Part shown: piece after piece, positions 28,001 to 34,766 of the stretch | Numbering within the stretch: position 1 is the stretch's first letter | Layout of the letters: every line of letters begins with the position of its first letter | Assembly: GCF_001186125.1 (NCBI RefSeq) | Contig: NW_014040504.1 | Coordinates: forward strand, 120,864-155,629 | DNA: 34,766 nt | From: Sphaeroforma arctica JP610 | Taxonomy: Eukaryota | Direction of reading: 5' to 3' | Notes under the pieces: model-generated | What the model saw: only the letters and a program-made list of their open reading frames with translations | The model's database searches: none | Told to the model about the DNA's origin: nothing | Program-made: the position numbers and the translations under genes

Positions 28001-28923
28001 TCTGCAAAGGATCTACTTCGAAAACAACCTGCTATGAATCTGGTAGTGGTATCGGATGTACTGAGCCAATTTATAGTATAGAGGTAGCTTGATTCATTTA
28101 CTCGTACTCGATATGGGGCTTTTGGTACTGTCCCTTCACCCTCCATAATCGTAGTGTAATCGTCTTCCGCCTTGATAGCATCGTAGCTATTGAACTTGAT
28201 TGTAGGCACCACTGTATTAAATTCTCTATCCGGACAATTACTATAGCGATCTGCTGCAGCGACCAACAAGTCTCGCACTTTACTCAAGCTTGATTAACGT
28301 TCATAGTCAGCATTATCACCGTGTCATCCTTCGTACATCGTACAAAAATGTCCGCAACTCTATCGATCATGGCTTCATTGGTATTAATAGTTTCCTCATT
28401 GCCTTTGTGGACAACAAGTCGGTATAAATGATCACTTGCTCGTTTGTCTCTAGATGATAATCTTATTGTACGTGCTCGGACTAGCCCACGCATATGCCCT
28501 ACAAGCTCTGTTCGTCTACCCAAAAAAACCTATAGTCATGGCTTTGTATGTCATATTGTAATTCGTAGGCTGCACGCTGACATTAATTATCCTATATATG
28601 CTTCCGATGCTGTCCTTCTGGTAGTTATGTTGTTCTCCTATAATCTCTGTAATTACGGACTCCTCTTCCACCTCTGTGTAATCTACCTCACATATTTCAC
28701 GTGATGCTCGTTTTTCACCTTCTATTGCTACATCAGCACCTCGGCGCTGCACTTTCTGTCTGCCTTTTCTTTTCTTATCTGCGTGTACTCCAATAACACA
28801 ATAGCACATACTCTGATTACATATTGTGCCATTCTCATCTACAACACATGGACGGAGACATCATTTTCGTGCACCACAGACATCGCACTGACCACCTTTT
28901 TCTGATGATTTGGTAACGGACAT
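25031..28923 (-). pseudogene. Degenerate DDD transposase, most similar in motifs to the Sola3 group, with one intron and two C-terminal C2HC zinc fingers
   Basis: Minus-strand ORF fragments (28516-28809, 28284-28523, 27829-28287, 27357-27671, 27010-27372, 26382-26639, 26024-26212, 25406-25990, 25302-25601) tile one disrupted frame. Motifs in order: RHCNYDASECDGDYFHCPEC; NHTARGGWQ; IIIDHKQKILSQRYLEDMIKYYGKRGHSLLG (D at 26987-85); KVVLLSDNAPAF (D at 26725-23); LFTEA*RGKSMLDAHF (D at 26588-86); RLSEKAVQQRCDWYMQG..NKVSA. The candidate start is MSVTKSSEKGGQCDVC at 28923. A GTAAGC..CACAG intron spans 26385-26285. The subgroup assignment is from recalled motifs, not a database search. Confidence 0.8.
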
Positions 28924-29529
28924 GACCAAGATGGAGCGCCTAGGCTGCCATCAATTGAATCACTGCTCCTATTATCCACCATAACAGCCCATACTACAAG
29001 CTGTGTATATCTCCGCCGCCAACTGCTTGTGCAGCTACACTATTAGTTTGCGTATGCATGAAAGCGAACTTATGTATGTTGAGAATTGCGATTTATGACA
29101 TGCAAAATATTGGGTTCTCAGGGAATATCTATCTACAACTAGTCTTTCAGGAACCAATAGAAATGCTTCTTGATAAAAGAATGTATTTAGCACAGCGAAC
29201 ATGTGGTAGTGTCCGTTGGGAGAATGTCCATAACTTCTGAACCAAATATACTATGCCTCCCGATCCAATGATGGCTGTGCTTTGTCTTACATTGTCTAGC
29301 TATTCCACCTAACTTAACATTGGTTGAAAATCCAACTGCTGAGTATAGCAACCATACGGCAGCAATCATTAAGTTCTCGATGTTTTGTTCGCGGAATAAA
29401 TTTTTTTTGGTAAAATATGGTCTTAGAATACATGTAGAAAATGATGTCGCCAAACGGCATCCTGATCTCTCTCTCTCCCTTGAGGTGGGATAGATATTAC
29501 TAAGACAAATAGTTGTTTGAAGTATGCAT

Positions 29530-29612
29530 GCGTAGCGAGCCTGCGAACGTAGCTACAATTAACTAAGTGACCGCGAATGTAGCTATAGTTAACTAAGAGC
29601 CCGCGAGCGTTG
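29530..29612. repeat. ~30-bp repeat (GCTATAGTTAACTAAGAGCC.GCGAGCGT), 2-3 degenerate copies
   Basis: Same unit as the array at 30968-31084. Confidence 0.85.
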
Positions 29613-29914
29613 TTAGAGTACAATGTAGTAGACTTTAAATAAAGTGCAAATGTATGTATTTATTTCTGACCTCACCTTTGGTTTTATACCTAAGGTGATT
29701 GTGCTAGTGTTCAGCCGCTTGGGCTGGCCAGGGTAAAACCTCATATGGGCAGTATAAGAAACCTTATGCAGAACATTTTAACACTTCGATGCTTTTCTAA
29801 TTCAACTTCTCTGCAACTTAAATCTCACGCTGATCACATGATGCCTTTCCGCATAGGTTGTGACTCACATAGAACCGCAGCTATTATTAATATGTTGTGG
29901 TTGACAGACTTAAC

Positions 29915-30910
29915 CCACTCTCGGGAATATTTTGAGAAATAAAATCTGCTCTCGGAAGTCGATTAAGTAATAACTCAACTCTTGAGAGTAATTTGAGCAA
30001 CTTGATTAGCTCTCGGGAGTGAGCTAACTCTGATGACTTAGCTCTNNNNNNNNNNNNNNNNNNNNNNNNNNNNNNNNNNNNNNNNNNNNNNNNNNNNNNN
30101 NNNNNNNNNNNNNNNNNNNNNNNNNNNNNNNNNNNNNNNNNNNNNNNNNNNNNNNNNNNNNNNNNNNNNNNNNNNNNNNNNNNNNNNNNNNNNNNNNNNN
30201 NNNNNNNNNNNNNNNNNNNNNNNNNNNNNNNNNNNNNNNNNNNNNNNNNNNNNNNNNNNNNNNNNNNNNNNNNNNNNNNNNNNNNNNNNNNNNNNNNNNN
30301 NNNNNNNNNNNNNNNNNNNNNNNNNNNNNNNNNNNNNNNNNNNNNNNNNNNNNNNNNNNNNNNNNNNNNNNNNNNNNNNNNNNNNNNNNNNNNNNNNNNN
30401 NNNNNNNNNNNNNNNNNNNNNNNNNNNNNNNNNNNNNNNNNNNNNNNNNNNNNNNNNNNNNNNNNNNNNNNNNNNNNNNNNNNNNNNNNNNNNNNNNNNN
30501 NNNNNNNNNNNNNNNNNNNNNNNNNNNNNNNNNNNNNNNNNNNNNNNNNNNNNNNNNNNNNNNNNNNNNNNNNNNNNNNNNNNNNNNNNNNNNNNNNNNN
30601 NNNNNNNNNNNNNNNNNNNNNNNNNNNNNNNNNNNNNNNNNNNNNNNNNNNNNNNNNNNNNNNNNNNNNNNNNNNNNNNNNNNNNNNNNNNNNNNNNNNN
30701 NNNNNNNNNNNNNNNNNNNNNNNNNNNNNNNNNNNNNNNNNNNNNNNNNNNTCCACGCTCGGGAATAGGTTGAGAAACTTAATCTGCTCTCAGAAGTCGG
30801 TTGAGTATTATCTCAACTCTTGAGAGTAAATTAAGCAACTTGAGTAGCTCTCGGGAGTGAGCTAATTATGATGACTTAGCTCTCCGGGGTGAGCTAACTC
30901 TGATGACTTC
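29915..30910. repeat. ~31-bp repeat with CTCTCGGGAG core, in a higher-order block on both sides of the gap
   Basis: 29915-30045 and 30752-30910 contain the same four unit variants in the same order. The middle is unsequenced. Confidence 0.8.
30046..30751. other. Assembly gap (N run)
   Basis: Run of n. Confidence 1.
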
Positions 30911-30967
30911 CATCTATCAAAGAGGGTTTCTTGCTGTAAAATCTGGCCTGAGACCAGTATTCTTCAA

Positions 30968-31084
30968 AGAGCCAGCGAGCGGAATTATAGTTAACTAAGA
31001 GCCAGCGAGCGTAGCTATAGTTAACTAAGAGCCAGCGTTGCTATAGTTAACTAAGAGCCAGCGAGCGTTGCTATAGTTAACTGA
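30968..31084. repeat. ~30-bp tandem repeat AGAGCCAGCGAGCGT[A/T]GCTATAGTTAACTA, ~4 copies
   Basis: Directly visible. One copy has a 4-bp deletion. Confidence 0.95.
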
Positions 31085-31272
31085 GAGAGAAAAAGCAAAG
31101 CATGCCGTCTTGATTTTCCAAGTAGACCACTTACCCCTCCCCATCTTGACGTGCTGCTGTCGGGTGGGGGGGGGGGGGGGGGGAGAGTATAGCGTGTATT
31201 CCCATAGGGATAAGTCCTCTTTTGGCACGTGGCCTACTGAACTTGTCAATTCATTCACGGCTCTTTTTCGGA

Positions 31273-34200
31273 TCATTCTCTGAGCAGGTTTAGTTAACAG
31301 TAATATCTCTAATTCAGGTCATTCTCTGGGCTGGTATAGTTAACGGTAATATCTCTATTTCAAGTCATTATCTGGGCTGGTATAATTATCAGTTGTTTCT
31401 ATTTCGGGTCATTTTCCGGGCAGGTTTAGTTGACAGTAAAATATATATTTCGAGTCATTATCTGGGCAGGTTTAGTTGACAGTAATATATCTATTTCGAG
31501 TCATTGTCTGGGCTGGATAGTTATCAGTTGTTTCTATTTCGGGCCATCTTCTGGGCAGGTTTAGTTGACAATAATATATCCAATTCGAGTCATTATCTGA
31601 GCTGGTATAGTTATCAGTTGGTTCAATTTCAGGTCATTTTCTGGGCAGGTATAGTCAACAGTAAAATCTCTAATTCTGGACAATTTATGGGCTGGTATAG
31701 TTAACAGTAATATCTCTATTTCGAGTCATCTTATAGGCAGGTTTAGTTAACAGTAATAAATCTATTTCGAGTCAATATCGGGGCTGGTATAGTTATCAGT
31801 TGTTTCTATTTCGGGTCATTTTCTGAGCATGTATAGTTAGCAGTAATTTCTCTATTTCGAGTCACCCTCCGGGCAGGTTTAGTTGACAGTAACATATCTA
31901 TTTCGCGTTATTTTCTGGGCTGCTATAGTTATCAGTAGTTTCTATTTTGGGTCAATTTCTGAGCAGGTACAGTTAACAGTAATATCTCTATTTCGTGTCA
32001 TTCTCTGGGCTGGTATAGTTAACAGTAATATCTCTAATTCGTGTCATACTCTGGGCTGGTATAGTTAGTAATATCTCTATGTCGAGGCACCATCTGGGCA
32101 GGTTTAGTTGACAGTAACATATCTATTTCGCGTCATTTTCTGGGCTGGTATAGTTATCAGTAGGTTCTCTTTTGGTTCATTTTCTGAGCAGGTATAGCTA
32201 ACAGTAATATGTCTATTTCGTGTCATTCTCTGGGATGGTATAGTTTACAGTACTATCTCTATTTTGAGTCATCCTCTGGGCAGGATAAATTGACAGTAAT
32301 ATTTCTATTTTGAATCATTATCTGGATTGGTATAATTATCAGTTGTTTCTATTTCGCGTCATTATCTGGGCTGGTTCAGTTAACAGTATTATCTCTATTC
32401 CAAGTCACCTCGGGAGGTTTAGTTGACAGTAACATATCTATTTCGTGCCAATATCTGGGCTGGTATAGTTCTTAGTTGTTTCTATTTCGGGTCATTTTCT
32501 GAGCATCAATAGTTAACAGTAATATCTCTATTTCGTGTCATTCTCTGGGCTGGGATAGTTAACAGTAATATTTCTAATTCGTGTTATTCTCTGGGCTGGT
32601 GTAGTTAACAGTAATATTTTTATGTCAAGTCATCCTGTGGGCAGGTTTAGTTGACAGTAATATATTTATTTCGAGTCATTATCTGGGCTGGTATAGTTAT
32701 TAGTTATTTTTATTTTGGGTCATTTCCTGGGCAGGTATAGTTGACAGTAATATCTCTAATTCTGGTCATTTTCTGGGCTGGTGTAGCTAATAGTAATATC
32801 TATATGTCGAGTCATCAATTGGGCAGTTCTAGTTGACAGTAATATCCTATTTCGAGTCTTTATCTGGGCTGGTACAGTTTACAGTAATATCAGTAATTCT
32901 GGTCATTTTCTAGGCAGGTATAGTTAACAGTAATATATCTATTTAGAGTTATCCTTTGGGGAGGTTTAGTTGACAGTGACATATATATTTCGAGCCATTA
33001 TCTTGGCTGGTATAGTTATCAGTTGTCTCTATTTTGAGTCACTTTCTGTGCGGGTATAGTTAACAGTGAAATCTCTATTTCGCGTCATTTTCTGGGCTGG
33101 TATAATTAACAGTAATATCGCTATTTCGAGTCATCCTCTGGGTCTGGACAGGTTTAGTTGACAGTAATATAACTATTCCGAGTCATCATCTGGGCAGGTA
33201 TAGTTAACAGTAATATATCTAATTCTGGTCATTTTTTGGGCTGGTATAGATAACATTAATATCTATATGTCGAGTCATCAATTGGGCAGTTCTAGTTGAC
33301 AGTAATATCCTATTTCGAGTCATTCTCTGGGCTGGTATAGTTTTCAGTTGTTTCTATTTCGAGTCATTTTCTGGGCAGGTATAGTTAACAGTAAGATCTC
33401 TATTTCGTGCCATTCTCTGGGCTGGTATAGTTAACAGTAATATCTCTAATTCATGTCATACTCTGGGCTGGTATAGTTAGTAATATCTCTATGTCGAGTC
33501 ATCCTTTGGGCAGGTTTAGTTGACAGTAACATTTTCATTTCGAGTCATTCTCTGGGCTGCTATAGTTATCAGTAGTTTCTATTCTGGGTCAATTTCTGAG
33601 CATGTACAGTTAATAGTAATATCTCTATTTCGTGTCATTCTCTGGGCTGGTATAGATAACAGTAATATCTATATGTCGAGTCATCAATTGGGCAGTTCTA
33701 GTTGACAGTAATATCCTATTTAGAGTCAATATCTGGGCTGGTGTAGTTTTCAGTTGTTTCTATTTCGAGACATTTTCTGGGTAGGTATAGTTAATAGTAA
33801 TATCTCTAATTCTGGTCATTTTCTGGGCTAGTGTAGTTATCGGTTGTCATTGGGCAGTTCTAGTTTACAGTAATGTATTTATTTCGAGTCATAATCTGGG
33901 CTGGTATCTATTTCGAGTCATTTTCTGAGCAGGTACAGTTAATAGTAATATCTCTAATTCATGTCATCCTCTGGGCAGGTTTAGTTGACATTAATATTTC
34001 TATTTTGAGTCATTATCTGGGCTGGTAGTTTCTATTTTGATTCATTATCTGAGCTGGTATAGTTTTCAGTTGTTTTTATTTCGGGTCATTTTCTGACCAG
34101 GTATAGTTAATAGTAATATCTCTAGTTCTGGTCATTTTCTGGGCTGGTGTAGTTTTCAGTTGTCATTGGGCAGTTCTAGTTTACAGTAAAATATTTATTT

Positions 34201-34766
34201 CGAGTCATTATCTGGGCTTGTATAGTTTTCAGTTGTTTCTATTTCGGGTCATTTTCTGAGCAGCTATAGTTAATAGTAATGTCTCTTTTTCTGGTCATTT
34301 TCTGGGCTGGTGTAGTTTTCAGTTGTCATTGGGCAGTTTTAGTTAACAGTAAAATATTTATTTCGTGTCATTATCTGGGCTGGTATAGTTTCAGTTGTTT
34401 CTATTTCGGGTCATTTTCTGAGCAGGTATAGTTAATAGTAATATCTCTAATTCTGGTCATTTTCTGGGCTAGTGTAGTTTTCAGTTGTCACTGGGCAGTT
34501 CTAGTTTACAGTAAAATATTTATTTCGAGTCATTATCTGGGCTGGTATGGTTTTCAGTATTTTCTATTTCGGGTCATTTTCTGAGCAGGTATAGTTAATA
34601 GTAATATCTCTAATTCTGGTCATTTTCTGCGCTGGTGTAGTTTATCGGTTGTCATTGGGCAGTTCTAGTTTACAGTAAAATATTTATTTCGAGTCATTAT
34701 CTGGGCTGGTATAGTTCTCAGTTGTTTCTATTTCGGGTCATCCTCTGGGCAGGTTTAGTTGACAGT
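31273..34766. repeat. Satellite DNA with 44-46-bp monomer (CTGGGC[T/A]GGTATAGTTAACAGTAATATCTCTATTTCGAGTCATT[A/T]T), running off the window end
   Basis: Monomer starts at 31326, 31372, 31416, 31462, 31508 and onward. Several monomer variants alternate, and a ~163-bp period appears from ~34141. Confidence 0.97.

Larger units (their letters stand above)
23248..29620. mobile_element. Decayed DNA-transposon region (THAP gene plus Sola3-like transposase); boundaries unresolved
   Basis: Two convergent disrupted genes with transposon-associated domains are bracketed by short tandem arrays. No matching TIR pair or TSD was found in the sequenced part. Confidence 0.55.

Noticed and set aside
29887..30756. 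289-aa minus-strand ORF
   Set aside because: It consists almost entirely of N-gap sequence, and the rest is tandem repeat.
29915..30910. Core-plus-variable-linker array as a CRISPR array, or CTGATGA as a hammerhead or C/D-box core
   Set aside because: The core is only ~10 bp and degenerate, the linkers recur in the same order rather than being unique, and no stem II plus GAAA follows CTGATGA.
22300..31300. Canonical Sola3 termini (TTAA target, GAG..CTC ends, long TIRs)
   Set aside because: I found no convincing TTAA-GAG / CTC-TTAA pair or long inverted repeat by eye. The ends may be lost, lie in the gap, or fall outside the window.
31504..33705. Short hydrophobic ORFs in the terminal array
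   Set aside because: The 44/46-bp monomers do not preserve frame and stops are frequent, so this is non-coding satellite.

Overview
Eukaryotic genomic DNA with GT-AG introns rich in (TA)n and two assembly gaps. The style resembles a unicellular holozoan such as an ichthyosporean, but that cannot be confirmed from sequence alone. The left 22 kb holds three intact + strand spliced genes whose exons I joined by hand with consistent intron phases: (1) the 3' part (15 exons, 648 aa) of a large Cys-rich, probably extracellular protein with SEA-like and TNFR-like modules; (2) a 543-aa type I membrane protein with signal peptide, ricin-B-like lectin repeats, a Thr-rich stalk carrying seven NPF repeats and one TM helix; (3) a complete 795-aa Hsp110 (HSPA4/Sse1 family) gene with a perfect heat-shock element upstream. 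The right 12 kb is decayed mobile and repetitive DNA that the ORF track breaks into fragments. Reading through stops and frameshifts reveals a THAP zinc-finger pseudogene (+) lying tail-to-tail with an intron-containing Sola3-like DDD transposase pseudogene (-) that ends in two C2HC zinc fingers. An 11-bp repeat array lies to their left, and ~30-bp arrays plus a 44-46-bp satellite with a ~163-bp higher-order repeat lie to their right. The best candidate for an undescribed system is this possible two-gene THAP + Sola3 element.
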